A stretch of 63,342 bases of DNA, filler included, from Octopus bimaculoides (lineage: Eukaryota): assembly GCF_001194135.2 (NCBI RefSeq). It is 6 parts of 6 records of this genome, joined end to end, with 100 filler letters (N's around TTAATTAATTAA, not from the genome) between each part and the next. Parts side by side here need not be neighbours in the genome. Positions count along the whole stretch, not along the records: positions 1 to 16,445 come from NC_068983.1; positions 16,546 to 34,652 come from NC_069003.1; 4 more parts are not named here. One strand, given 5' to 3'. Positions within the stretch are counted from its first letter, which is position 1. Each line of letters opens with the position of its first letter. The notes beneath the pieces were generated by a model. It made no database searches. It was given only the letters and a program-made list of their open reading frames with translations, and was not told where the DNA came from. This document shows positions 14,020-27,029 of the stretch, piece after piece. The translations under genes were made by a program, and so were the position numbers.

Positions 14020-14220
14020 TACATATGTACGTATGTACGTACGTACATCCATACATACGTGCGTAGGTACGCACATCCATACATACGTAAGTAGGTACGT
14101 ACGTACATCCATACCTGCGTACGTAGGTACGTACGTTCATCCATACATACGTAAGTAGGTACGTACGTACATCCATACATGCGTACATAGGTACGTACAT
14201 ACATCCATTCATACGTACCT
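14020..14220. repeat. 28-32 bp minisatellite built from TACG/TACA tetramers
   Basis: About six units such as gtacgtacatccatacatacgtaagtag; left side truncated by a gap. Confidence 0.85.
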
Positions 14221-14224
14221 CTCG

Positions 14225-14246
14225 GTCCTCTCTCTCACTCGCTCAT

Positions 14247-14285
<39 letters not shown>

Positions 14286-14520
14286 CCTTCTGTCTCCTCT
14301 CTCTCTCGCTGCTCTCTCTTTCTCACTTTTCTCTCTATTTTCTCTCTCTCTCTGCTCCACTCTCTCTCTCTCACTCCTCTTTCTCTCGCTCCTCTCTCTC
14401 GCTTGCTCCTCTCTCTCACTTGCTCCTCTCTCTCGCTCTTCTTTCTCTCTTGCTTCTCTCTCTCTTGCTCCTCTCTCTCTCATTGCTCTCTCTCTTGTTC
14501 CTCTCTCTCTCTCTCTCTCT
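14225..14520. repeat. Imperfect (CT)n tract
   Basis: Direct reading. Confidence 0.9.
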
Positions 14521-15669
14521 TGATCCTCCCCTCCATACCACATGATCACTGCCCAGTGCAGGCGTTGTCGTACTTTTTGGCCGGCCGCCCGCCCCTGAGG
14601 TCGTTCGCATCTGTTCTGTCCTGCCACCCGGCCCGTTATGACTTTTCCATTTTCCTTTTCCTTGTGCTAACTTACTGCACTCGTCTGCTAGTCGAAAGAC
14701 CCTGTTTGTATTCTTTTATTGTTGGTGTAATTGTATAAAAATTCTCCTTTTGTTGTATAGCTTAAAGGCGTTTGTCCATTATATAATTCTATTTTGTATG
14801 TTAAATTCGTTCCGATAGGCGAAATATCCTTTATTATGTTTTCATGTATACGTACGTCTGTTTGCCTTGCCCAGAGGCTTACTGCTTTTAGCTTAAGTCC
14901 TTGGCCACGCCGGTTTTGAGTAGTATCGGAGATAAGTGGGCGAAACTTCGTAGGCATTCCAGACTCCGACTGAAGAGGTAATTGGCTGCGAATGTTCCTC
15001 CTATCGTGTTTTGTCCTGTTTGCCGTTGTTACGCTATCGTCCTTTTTTTATATGAAGAAGATTTGGCTGCTTTTTCTAGGATATGAAGCACTTGGTGGAG
15101 GTGCATTAATATTTCTGCCAGCTCCAATAACAAGTGCAGGCAATATTCAAGTATTTTGATGACTTTTTCCTCTTATTAGCTAATATTCAATCAACTGAAA
15201 CAAGTAGAATAGTTTAATTCAAGCATAATAACAGCCAAATCTTCTTCAAATCAAACTCTACCATCATTTAGAAAATGTGTTACTGAGTACTAGCGAAAAA
15301 TTGTTACAAACACAGATACGCACAGCGTAATTTATTATATAAACAATACATGCGTATAAATTACCATTTTTCTGTATTTTGTCTGCTTCAAAAGAAAACA
15401 AACCAAAAAACCGGATGAAATATGCCAACAAGGGATTAATACCATATACACCGCCACAGCAGTAACTGTATGCAACTGAATAGACGTCAGTGATTGGTTG
15501 AAATTATCGAAATAAGACAATTTTTAACATGAAATAACTTCGAATACAAAAATTTTTATCTGTTCTGTAACACAAAATATACAAGTATACGAAGTTTGAA
15601 AGTGTTTCGGTACCAAAGACACTACATAAAACATAAATGAAAAATGTTGCCCGTCAAACNNNNNNNNNN

Positions 15670-15714
<45 letters not shown>

Positions 15715-15718
<4 letters not shown>

Positions 15719-15875
15719 ACGGGCTTCTTTGAGTTTCCATCTACCAAATCCACTCACAAGGCTTTGGTCGGCCCGAGGCTATAGTAGAAGAAACTTGCCC
15801 AAGGTGCCACGCAGTGGGACTGAACCCAGAACCATGTGGTTGGTAAGCAAGCTTTTTATCACACAGCCTGACTTA
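15715..15875 (-). mobile_element. SINE family B (CORE-like) 5' half
   Basis: Reverse complement of ggttcagtcccactgcgtggcaccttgggcaagt; further copies near 18500, 19570, 31190, 34930, 40000. Confidence 0.75.
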
Positions 15876-16353
15876 CGACTACAAAGCAAATGTAGAAAAT
15901 ATGTTTTTGGAGTTGAAATGAAAGAAAAATCGGTCTTCAACGTAATTCAAATGAGTTCTCTATAATGAACATTATTTGCATTCTTCAAGTTACCATCATA
16001 TACTTATCATTCGTCAGGCGATAATTCAGAAAAATGCTTTTAGTCGATTTTCTTTCTTGTTTTTTTTTTTTTTTTTTTTTTTTTNNNNNNNNNNTTTTTT
16101 TTTTGTTTTTTTTTTGTGTGCGTGAATGAATAGATTCTCGGAGACTGAATCGCGACGGGTGGGGAGAGATTCATATTAAGAAGTTAAATGGATCTAATTA
16201 AGTACTACAGTGTATTTTTTTTTAATACTCACTTTATTGTCCTACTTACTAACCTGATTTCAATTTAATATTCATCAAAAATAGGTTACTAAGGGATTTA
16301 AGATTGACCACTCCTCCCAGGAATTTCGTTTTCTCATTTAATCAACATGTGTT

Positions 16354-16418
<65 letters not shown>

Positions 16419-16445
16419 GGTAGTAGTGGTGGTGATGGTGGTGGT

Positions 16446-16545
16446 NNNNNNNNNNNNNNNNNNNNNNNNNNNNNNNNNNNNNNNNNNNNTTAATTAATTA
16501 ANNNNNNNNNNNNNNNNNNNNNNNNNNNNNNNNNNNNNNNNNNNN
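16446..16545. other. Artificial scaffold linker N44-TTAATTAATTAA-N44
   Basis: Exactly 100 bp, stops in all six frames, identical at five places. Confidence 0.95.
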
Positions 16546-16773
16546 TGGCACATAAAAGACACCATTTCGAGCGTGGCCGTTTTCGTGCGGGTGACACGTA
16601 AAAGCACCCACTACACTCTCTGAGTGGTTGGCGTTAGGAAGGGCATCCAGCTGTAGAAACTCTGCCAAATCAGACTGGAGCCTGGTGTTGCCATCCGGTT
16701 TCACCAGTCCTCAGTCAAATTGTCCAACCCATGCTAGCATGGAAAGCGGACGTTAAACGATGATGATGATGAT
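16546..16773 (+). mobile_element. RTE-tail-bearing short retroelement
   Basis: Ends ccatgctagcatggaaagcggacgttaaacgatgatgatgat. Confidence 0.7.
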
Positions 16774-16892
16774 GCATGTGCCTGGTGTACCCTTATCAGA
16801 CAGGCAGTCATGAAGGGTATGTTAGCCTTTGTATATTTGTACCCCAGTGTCACTTTGGTAGTATGCCTTGCTCTTTCACTCAATAATAATAA

Positions 16893-17754
16893 TTGTTTAA
16901 AATTTTGGCACAAGGCCAGCAATTAGAGAAGGAGGGGGCAAGTTCATTACATTGATCCCTGTATCTGACTGGTACTTTATTTGATCACTCTGACAGGAAA
17001 GGCAAAGTCAGTCTTGGCAAAATTTGAACTTAGAACATAAACAACTTGAAGTAATGCCACTAAGCATTTAGTCCATCGTATAATGATTCAGCCAGCATGC
17101 CACTTTAATAATAATAATGGTTTCAAATTTTAGCACACAGCCAGAAATTTTAGGGGAGGGGATAAGTCGATTACATTGACCCCAATACTCAAGTGGTACT
17201 TATTTTCTTGACTCCAGAAGAATAAATGGCAAAATTGATTTGAATTTGATTTCAGAACATAAAGAATCAGAATTGGTGCCAAGAATTCTTCTGTCTCACC
17301 ACCTTTAATAATAATAATAATCCTTTCTACTATAGGCACAAGACCTGAAGTTTTGGAGGAAGAAGAGTAGTCAATTACATCAAACCCAGGACTCGAATGG
17401 TACTCATTTTATCAAACCTGATAAGATGAAAAATAAAGTTCACCTTGGCAGAAATCAAACTCAGAACATAAAGATGGGTGAAATGCTGCCAAACATTTTG
17501 TCAGACATGCTAGCTAACCACCTTTATTATTATTATTCATAATAATAATAATAATAATAATGGTTTCAAATTTTTGGCATAAGGCCAGCAATTTCAAGGG
17601 AGGGAGTAAGTTGATTAAATTGACCTCAGTACTCAACCAGTACATATTTTATCAAGCCCAAAAGGATGAAAAGCAAAGTTGATCTCAGCGGAATTTGAAC
17701 TGAGAACATAAAGACAGATGAAATGCTGTTAAGCATTTTGCCAGCTTGCACCTT
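16893..17754 (-). mobile_element. Head-to-tail array of four family A SINEs separated by (TAA)n
   Basis: Copies at about 16893-17105, 17118-17305, 17321-17524, 17561-17754, each bounded by TAA repeats. Confidence 0.75.
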
Positions 17755-17789
17755 AATAATAATAATAATAATAATAATAATCATAATAA

Positions 17790-18270
17790 TAATAACAACA
17801 ACATCAGCTGCCATCCTGTCCATTTTTCCATGCTTGTGTGAGTCTTTCTTCCCAACACAGCTACCACTTGTTGCAATCTTTTGTCACCGGTTTTGTGGAA
17901 GTTCAGTTTCCTCAGATCATCCTTCACCACTTCTGTCCATGTCTTCCTTAGTTTTACTCTTCCCTTGGATCTTTCCACATTAGTCTCCTGCACATTACAT
18001 GCCCATATCACCATAGTCACCGGCCTTGCACACTACAATTGATTCTGCTCATATGCCCAGTTTTTCTCTCAGTTCCCCTTATATCTCATCATTCATACAC
18101 ATCAACATTCCACACACACAGCAGATCAGGCTTACTTCATTTCTTTCCAACCTTCACATATCCTCTGCGTTCAGTGCTCTCCACATCTCATTACCATTCA
18201 GCATTACAATTCATACACGAGTCAAACAATCTACCCTTTTATTCAGAGGGACAAATACATTGTCAACAGC
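17790..18270 (-). mobile_element. RTE LINE 3' relic
   Basis: Peptides KGRLFDSC and GR..RKTWTEVVKDDLRKL match the C-terminus of an RTE ORF. Confidence 0.65.
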
Positions 18271-18782
18271 AACCACCATCATTTAACGTCCACCTTTCCA
18301 TGCTTGCATGGGTCAGACAGAATTTATTGAAGCAGATTTTTTATGACTGGATGCTCACCAGTTTCCAAGTTAGGTACTATGTTCCTGTTACCAGATATGT
18401 TTCTCATGGAAAACAGGAAACAAACAACCTTGCTTGTATGACAATGATGCTCATTTACAACCATCATTATGTCTAGACAAGAGTTCACATACACATACAA
18501 AGGGCTGCTTTCGGTTTCTGTCTATCAAATCCACTCACAAGGATTTTGTTGGTATGGGCTACAGTAGAAGGAACTTGCCCTAGGTGTCATGCAGTGGAAT
18601 TCAATCCAAGATCATACAGTTGGGAAGCAAGCTCCTCAACCATGCATGGTAAGCATAATAACTCAGCGAATGCTTTCCCCACTATTAACCAAAACACAAC
18701 ATAAGCAATGTATTTTGTTAAGAAATATGATCAGGTTATGATCAAGAGAGAATTATAGGAAGAAAACAAATTAACAATTTAC

Positions 18783-18850
18783 TTGGTCTTTGATTCTTTG
18801 AATAATGAGGTCTTCAATGGTCTTTGTAGATTCTTCAGTGACTTCAGGTG
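18783..18850 (-). CDS. MPHOSPH10: U3 snoRNP protein MPP10, exon 6 (last visible)
   Basis: ttcag acceptor, gtaaat donor, phase 1 in / 0 out; PEVTEESTKTIEDLIIQRIKDQ matches MPP10 PVITEETT..LEDIIKQRI.DQ. Confidence 0.9.
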
Positions 18851-19795
18851 CTGAAATATTAAGAGATTTTGAGTGTTGTAGTATCTGATTATATACGCAC
18901 ATTTTATATACATATACACACACATACATGTATGTGTGTGTGTGTGTATACAAACATACATGTGTATATAGACACACACACACACACACACACACAAGGT
19001 GCATTCCAGAAGTTCTGAGACTTTTTCAGGTGAGACATTTATTAATTTCAAAGAAGTACAAAACTCTAATTTCCTTCTTTCTTTCAAAGTCGGGTCCTCT
19101 GACTTCAATGCACTTGTTGTATTGCTCCAGCCACTTAATGAATGCTCTATGGAGGTCCTCCAAAGTGAAGGTGTCCAAGAACTTATCATAGCTTCCTTCA
19201 TCTTAAGGTAGCCAAATAAAGTGTCTTGCTCAGGGACACAATGTGTCGCCGGAAATTTAACTCACAATCTTATGATTGTGAAGTGAATACTCTAACCACT
19301 AAGCCATGCACACACATCATCATCATTAACGTCCATTTTTCCATGCTTGAATGGGTCAGATTTTGTATGGCCAAATGCCCTTCCTGTCATCAACCCTCAC
19401 CTGTTTCCAATCAAAGTAATATTTCCCCAAAGCTAGAAATGTTGTTGCAGAATATTGGAAATGAATGACACTGCTTGTACGACAGTGACACTCCTTTACA
19501 ACTACCACGCAATGTCAAGACAAAGAGACACAAACATATGCATACACATTATATGTGTGTGATGGGCTGTGTTCAGTTTCTGTCAATCAAATCCGCTCAC
19601 AATGATTTGGCTCACCCAGGGCTACAGCAGAAGACAATTGCCCAAGGTGCCATGCAGTGGGACTGAACTTGGAACTGTGTGGTTGGGAAGCAAACCTCTT
19701 ACAACAGAGCCAATCTGTGTATCATATATATATTTATTTACAGATATTCAATTAAAAAAAAGAAAAAAAGTTTTCCTCAAGCCCAAAATACTTAC

Positions 19796-19937
19796 GTAAC
19801 TTCAAGGTGGAATCAAACTGGACATGTTCTTCTAGAAGACTATTTTCAGGTCTGGCAGTAGCATCAATTTCTCCTTTCAGTTGCCAGGGACTCTCAGAAA
19901 CACTTGCTTTTTCAAGCTTAGCAATTTTGTTCTTCAA
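19796..19937 (-). CDS. MPHOSPH10: MPP10 exon 5
   Basis: tgtag acceptor, gtaagt donor; KIAKLEKASVSESPWQLKGEIDATARPENSLLEE contains the MPP10 PWQL.GE...RPENSLLEE signature. Confidence 0.93.
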
Positions 19938-21279
19938 CTACAAAATGAAATTGAACAAAAGTCATTATGATGATAATGAAGATTATGATTACCAAGATCA
20001 CCACCATCATCATCATCATTGTCTTCATTGTCATCACTATCATCATTATTGTGATCCATGTCATCACTACTACAATAATCATCTTCATTATCATAATAGT
20101 TTGATTTTAAAAAAGTCCAAAAGGAACATTAACTGCCTCAATCTCACTGCAAAGGCCATATGCAGTGCTCCTTTCTCCAAATCCAGTAAAATGAACAAAA
20201 AAAGAAACCTTCAATATCAATGCTATCATCATCATCATCAACATTGAAACCAGTGTCAACAAACACCATCAGTTCTGCGGCCATTGTTGTAATTATACCA
20301 TTGCCACTGATGTAGTTTAATGATCATATACAATTAGAAATGGCTAATAAACAGTATTAAGTAAACCAGTCACCATATGTCAAACCTCCTCCAGTGTTCA
20401 GCAGCCTTTAATCTGCCAGTCACATACAGCTAATAGTCTAATAACCATATACACATTATACACAGCTGCTAGTCAAACACTCATATATATTAGTCTGTTA
20501 ATCACACGTATTCACTAAACTACCATATACAGTCAATCTAGCAGCTATACATGTCCACCTGTCCTCATCATTTAATGTTCTTTTTCCATATTGGCATGGA
20601 TCGGATGGTTTGAGAGGATTCCAGTGAGACACAGGGATGCAGTGTGCTCCAGTGTCATCTTTAGTATGGCTTCTATGGCTGGATGCCCTTCCTAATGCCA
20701 AGCACTTTACAATGTGTACAGGGTGCTTTTTTCAAGCCACTGAAACTAGTGAGGTTGCCAAGTAACTTGCAGATCAAGGAAAGAAAGGGAAAAGTCCCCT
20801 TCACTAGGTCTGGTGAGTATTTGAGAAGGTAGAGAGGAGATATTATGCCAGGGACAAGCAGAAGTGTGTTGCTATGGTGAAGATACAGCTACCCAACATT
20901 TATATAAGGGTGGGTGGAAGTATCAGAGAAAAAAAGCAAGATGGTAGTGGTGGGTTGCCAGAGCAAAACCTTCAAGAAGAGATGATACTGGCAATGGATC
21001 AGGGACAGAGTAAAATAGTTAGACATTGGAGTGAGAATATAATCATTAGTATTGCAAGGACACCATATTTCGTCATGCAACCGTAATATACTACCAAATA
21101 TATCAAAGGCTTATAAGTCAATACTGTGCTCTACCTGTGTTAGCAGTGCGATTCAATCACTTTTGTAAGTTATCTCTACAGATTTTCTATAGAAACTAGA
21201 GCCAGCACTCAAATTTATATTTCGTATATGAATACATCTATGTAAACAATGTGATTGAAATTAGAAAAATAGATAATGG

Positions 21280-21322
21280 GCGTATATGCATATTTCAGGA
21301 GTTATTGCTCCTTCTTCAGCAC
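21280..21322 (-). ncRNA. Minimal type I hammerhead ribozyme candidate (left arm of 21.3 kb inverted pair)
   Basis: GTG-CTGAAGA-AGGAG-caataa-CTCCT-GAAA-TATGCATA-TA-CGC: core intact, 5-bp stem II, palindrome ATATGCATAT; stem I only 3 bp, A10.1-U11.1, AUA triplet. Confidence 0.45.
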
Positions 21323-21445
21323 TACATCCAACCCATTGACGATCCACAAGCACATTGCTTAAATAGCCACTAAGTTTACTGGATTGACCAATTTAAACAC
21401 ATTCCTAGCAACAGGTACATACATATTAATTACTGGTTGGATGTG

Positions 21446-21490
21446 TCACTGAAGAAGGAGCAAGAACTCCTGAAATATGCATATACACCC
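21446..21490 (+). ncRNA. Hammerhead core, right arm of 21.3 kb pair (stem I disrupted)
   Basis: CTGAAGA-AGGAG-caagaa-CTCCT-GAAA-TATGCATA-TA; flanks TCA/CAC do not pair in register. Confidence 0.35.
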
Positions 21491-22228
21491 ATTACCAATT
21501 TTTCTATCTTCAATCGCATTGTTTACGTAGATGTATTTTGTATATGAGATGTTGTAACTTCCAGTGTTGGTTCTATTTTCTATACAAAACCTGTAGAGAT
21601 AACTTTAAAAAGTAATTATCTTCAGTCAACTAGTCATATACAGTAACCATGCCACTCACATATAACACAATGTAATATGCTTTTTGTCCTTGGGTAGCAA
21701 CTGTTATTTCGTATTTGCTTGCACCTAGAAAGTATCACAAATGGCTAATATTTCCTTCAAACCTTTCTTTGGTTACGTTTATTCTAACCCCAAAGAATCC
21801 CTCTCAACACATGGCTATGATGCCCCCCCCCCACTACTCCTGCTCAAGATCAGAGATGCACATATTGTCAGCCACTAAGGGACATGCTCAAGTGGTTAAG
21901 GTCAAGCAACTAACAAGCAAATCTGTGATATTGAGCAAAATATTTGCTATAACGATATTTCTGCTTTGGCAACTCAGTGCTGAATCTGTCTGAAATGTAA
22001 TGGAAAATAGGTCAGTTTCAAAACAATGATGTGTAGGTCACAAAAGCAAAGTCTGAAGAGAATAGTAGTGATTTCCTTTGGTTTCTAGATAGAAGCAAAG
22101 AGGAAATAACACTTACTCACCAAAGACAAAAAGAAAGATAAAAATTTTGTTACACAGTATACTTACTCATCTACCAGTCATACACACCCACCAGCCTACC
22201 AGACATATTCACTACATAAAATACTCAC

Positions 22229-22316
22229 TCTCTCTTGCCGTAGTTCAAATGTAGATTTATTCGCCTGCCCACCAACAATCTCTGAAATGTCTTCTCCTTC
22301 TTCACTCTCGTTTTCA
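22229..22316 (-). CDS. MPHOSPH10: MPP10 exon 4
   Basis: cacag acceptor, gtgagt donor, phases fit neighbours; ends NKSTFELRQER (cf. KSSFEKRQEK). Confidence 0.85.
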
Positions 22317-23214
22317 CTGTGAAATGAAACAAAAGAAACATTAAAAATGGAATCAATTCTGAAAGAGAAAAAGACTAAGAGAAAGAATCAACACTGCTGC
22401 TTGATTGACTGGTGTGGTATTTATTGACCCTTACCAAAACAAAGTTGACCTCTGCAGGAATTGAACTCAGAACAGAGAGTCAGAACAAATACTGCAATGT
22501 ATTCTAACCAGTACTCTTCATGACTCTGCCAATGCATGTGTGAGTGTATGTGTGCATACATGTGCATGTGCATATGCACATGTGTGTGTATATGTATATA
22601 TATATATATATATGCTGATAATACCATAATAGCCAATATAAATGTTGATTAGTTAGGTGGTTGATTTCTCCAGTCGCATTTTATTTGGTATAGAGCGAAT
22701 GGGAGAGAGAGAGAGAGAGTAAGAATCAGATACAGAGGAAGTTAATTAACATAAGCAGTGCAGTATGAGTATTTTTTAACTTTCTGAATAGGTTTTCAAT
22801 GGAGCAGATTGTGTTTAGATTGTGTTTACATATAGATTGTGTTTAGAAAGTGTTTAGATTGTGTTTAGATAAAATTTACAAAAGTAATATCATCATCATT
22901 ATTATTATTATTATTATTATCTAATGTCTACTTTTCCATGCTTACATGAATCAATCAGAAACTATTGAGGCAGAATTTTCAACAGTTGGATTCTCTTCCT
23001 GCTCCCAACCTGCACCTGTTTCCCAGCAAGGTAATATTTCTCCATGGGTAGACATGTTTTTTTTTTTACAGAAGACTGAAAACAAACAACCTCTCTTGTA
23101 TGAATGACAATGATACTCATTTACAACCATCATGTGATGTCTAGACAAGGCTTAGTCAGAAACAAGCAAATAAGAAAAAAATTGCCAATGTTTGGCATCA
23201 TGAAAACCAAAGAC

Positions 23215-23818
23215 TTAAAGTGTTTCGTGTTGCAAGACAGTGTGTGAGAGGGAATTGTGATGTCATAGGAGAGAAATGTGTCCGCATGGATGATGGCTCA
23301 TGTGCATTTAATGAGGCTGCAAAGAGAGAGACTTGGAGGCGCCACTATGAGAGGTTGCTAAATGAAGGGAATGAATGGGAGAAAGAAAGTTTGTTGAATG
23401 TCGACCCAACAGAGGGACTAGCTATCCGAATTGACAGTACCTTGNNNNNNNNNNAAAGAAAGTTTGTTGAATGTCGACCCAACAGAGGGACTAGCTATCC
23501 GAATTGACAGTACCTTGGTAGATAAAGCGATTAAGAGTATGAAGACAGGGAAAGCCCCTCGCCCATCAGGAATCACAGCAGAGATGCTTAAAATATCTGG
23601 CGGTGTTGGTTATAATCTAGTCACTCATATAGTCAATCAGGTGATACATGAAGGAGTCATACCCAATGACTGTTGTAGCAGCACTATAGTCAACTGCTAC
23701 AAAAGTAAAGGTGATGCATTAGATACAAATAATTACAGAGGTATCAAGTTGTTGGACAGGTAATGAAAGTCACGGAGAGGGTCATAGCCCAATTAATTAG
23801 GGAGAGAGTCAGTTTAGA
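23215..23818 (+). mobile_element. RTE LINE relic (linker and RT N-terminus)
   Basis: WRRHYERLLNE, AIKSMKTGKAPRPSGITAEMLK, NYRGIKLLD. Confidence 0.85.
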
Positions 23819-23819
23819 C

Positions 23820-24990
23820 CATAGCTTCCCAAAGCGGGCAATATCACCCACTGGTGGGCAATTTCAACTTCCAAGTGGGCGAATTTCTAGAAAATGGTGA
23901 GCAATATGAACATTTTGTGGCTGGCAATGAATTTTTAGAAATTAAGTCTGCATTTACTGATATCTAGGCATGCCTAGAATAAGGATGCACTTTTATCGAT
24001 TTGACTATTTGCATGAGACATTCCTTTGTATTAAAAACATGGACTTGTTTATCAATTGAATATTTTTGTTGCAGTCATTGAGATGGTTGTCATGCGTGCT
24101 AAAAATAGCAGCCAAATAGGCCTAGGCCTTAAATCACACTCTACTACAAATTTTTTCTTTTGGCATAATCGTATGAAGTCCCGCGTGTAGAATTCAAATT
24201 TGCAAAAATTTCCTGAAAATCCAAAGAAAAAAATTTATGAGGGGTTATATGTCATGTGTAATTCTGTGGTTTCATATCAAAACACAAATGCTATTTTCAG
24301 GTCATTGACAAAATGTGCAGTCATGCACAAAATGACAGCTTTGAAATCGTGTTTCTTGACTGGGTGAAAACGATCAAACTTTAAACCTCTACAACTTTTT
24401 AAAAACATTTTTCTGGGAAAAGTTGAATAACTCCAGCAATTTAGCTTGGGAAGGTACATTAATGTGCCAAATTTAAAAATTTTTGATAAACTTTAATTTT
24501 TGAAATACTGGCAGCCAAACGAACTAGATCCGTATTTGCTCCAGTAAAGACCTGTCATCTGACTCTGCTCTATTGGCTTCTATTTGGGAATACCATACTG
24601 CTTTTCTGACACCATCTGTAGAAATTCGTTTTCACATTTTCACTTTACTGATATCTTCAATTAAGAAAATTTGTCGACAGTACAGTAGTGATTATTTGTC
24701 ATTTGGATTTATTTCCTCTCCTCAGAACTGTCAGTTATTAATGAGCTTTTTTGCCATCAAACATTGACCAATGAAGCAATGAAACCTTCACGCTTGAAGT
24801 ATCACTTTGATGCAAAGCATTCTGAGAAGGATAAGCCGTTATCATACTTTTTACAACTGAGCTCCTCTTTCAAAAAGTAAATACAAACATTCAACACGCT
24901 ACTCCAGGAAACTAGTAAACAGGAGAATGATGGGTTGATTGCATCGTACAACATTGCATTGCTTATAAAGAATAAAGTGTTTTGAATGGC
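23820..24990 (+). mobile_element. hAT (Charlie/Buster-like) DNA transposon relic
   Basis: Terminus resembling cag..cccaaag.gggc; peptides RQYSSDYLSFGF and LTNEAMKPSRLKYHFDAKH..KPLSYF match the Buster zinc-finger N-terminus. An unrelated insert at about 24120-24500 recurs at about 31640-31800. Confidence 0.65.
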
Positions 24991-25494
24991 GCAACAATGC
25001 ACAATAATAATAACAATGGACTATAATAACTGTTGTAATTTAATCATCCATAGTTTGAGGAATTCCGGAAGGAACTTCATGAGACCACTGATGAGACGCT
25101 TCCGAAAAAAAAAAAGCCATTGGAAAACTGATTATAGCAGCAACTCCATCAATTCTTAGGGATATCTGAAGAAGGAATTTTTATTCTGAAATATCATATC
25201 AGATTATGAATGATTAAATGATAACAGTTATTATAATCCATTGTTGTTATTAGAGTGCATTGTTGTGCCATTCAAGACACATTAGCAACTTAGCAGTGTG
25301 GTTGAGAAGCATACTTCTTGAGCACACAGACATACAACTATGCCTACATCTAAGCATGTGTATATGTATGTATCCATGTATGTGTATACTTTCATAAACA
25401 TGTGAGATTTAAGTGAGAATTTCTGATCACATCACACCTCACCCACCCAAAGTATCACATTATAAGATAAAAAAAAAACTGACAAGAGACTTAC

Positions 25495-25607
25495 TCATCA
25501 TTTTGGTCATCATTGTCATCAATATCAGCAAACTTCACTTTCTTTTGATTAAGTGTTTCCGTGGGACCTCTAAAGAAATCCTTGAATTTCAAATCTTTTA
25601 CATTTTC
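25495..25607 (-). CDS. MPHOSPH10: MPP10 exon 3
   Basis: tttcag acceptor, gtaagt donor; ENVKDLKFKDFFRGP (cf. LKYKDFF). Confidence 0.85.
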
Positions 25608-27029
25608 CTGAAAGAGGAAGAAGGATGATGAACAAATCAAAAAGAAATTATATTTATATATTTATACATACATATCTATTTATCTACCTATCTATATATG
25701 TAAAGGTTTATTCTTATGTCAAGTTATATATATATCCAGTGTAACACTAAACTTAAGAATTACTCAATACATTTTTCTCAAGTACATGTACCTATAGGGT
25801 GGGGGAAAAAGAAATTTGAGGCAAAACTGGAACCATGTGGTTGCGAAGCAAACTTCTTACCAATACAGTTACACCTGCATCTATGATTAAAAAAACAAAA
25901 AACAAAAAAAAAATACTATTAAAAAAACTAAAACATGGTACGAGTACAGATCATGGTCAAATAATGATTGAATGGTTTCAATAGGATCAGAGTGATGGAG
26001 TGGACTTGTCTGGTAGCTTGATAATGGAACAGGTTAAGTGATTTCATAATTAACTCAAATTAGAACATTACTGTGCTTACAGTGACAAATGGCTTAAAAG
26101 ATTCAAATGTTATAGAATCTTCCTGAAATTGTTATGCAACAAGAACTAATGAATTTTCATTTGATGCCTGAAAATTACACAGGGACAAAAAAAAAAAACA
26201 ATCTACATGAAGCAATTTTGCTGAGATAAAATGTTTAAAAAGATAGTCAAAGAGAGGGTGTGCTTTGAAGCTTCAGCTTCAAGCACCCCAGCTGTTCCTC
26301 TTACTATATTTGAAATACAAGATGAAAGAGTCAACTACAAAACAGACAGTAATCCCGATGATCCTCAACTTCAAAACCTCTGTAATAAAATCCATTAAAA
26401 TTCTAAACTTTGCCATCTTGAGCAGAAATGTTACAGCCTTCTTTATAAGTACAGTAATTAATAAATGCACTAATGTAATAATGTAATGCACAACTACTTT
26501 TATTTCAGTTAAATTCAGATATAAAACTCTGTATTTGTGTAATTTAAGTTTCTAGCAGTTCATGGTACTTTGGATGTATAGCGGGTATACAATTAGTAGG
26601 TTAGAAGTGTGTTGATGAATTATTATTACATGACCATAAGGTGGGGAGTTGACAGAATCATTAACATACCAGGCAAAATACTTTGCAGCATTTCGTCTGT
26701 CTTTGCTTTCTGAGTTCAAATTCTGCCAAGGTTGACTTTACCTTTCGTCATATTGGGGTTGATGAAATAAGTATCAGTCAAGCACTGGGGTCGACTAGCC
26801 CCCTCCACCAAAATTTTAGGCCTTGTGCTTATAGTAGAAAGGAATACTGAGGCTGATATAATCAACTTCCCCAATCCTGCTGGCCTTGTGTCAAAATCTA
26901 AAACCATTATTACATGACCATGGATGGTCCAGCAAAATAGTTATTCATCAAGGCATTGGAACTAAAGATATTAGGAAAAAAAAGAGATGTACCTGTAATT
27001 GAATTCAAAAAGAATAAAAGTATTCTTAC

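Noticed and set aside
4172-14212. Long ORFs full of X, and VC/YI/HT/poly-Met/poly-Leu/poly-Asn ORFs throughout
   Set aside because: Produced by N gaps and microsatellites; not coding.
16490-16501. TTAATTAATTAA as a conserved palindromic site (five copies)
   Set aside because: Always centred in 44+44 N; artificial linker.
23382-23517. 63-bp direct repeat around a 10-N gap (also 65 bp at 40583-40722)
   Set aside because: Identical sequence on both sides of a minimal gap: unmerged contig overlap.
25088-25115. CTGATGA-GACGCTTCC-GAAA
   Set aside because: Only one pair in stem II and an A-run instead of stem III.
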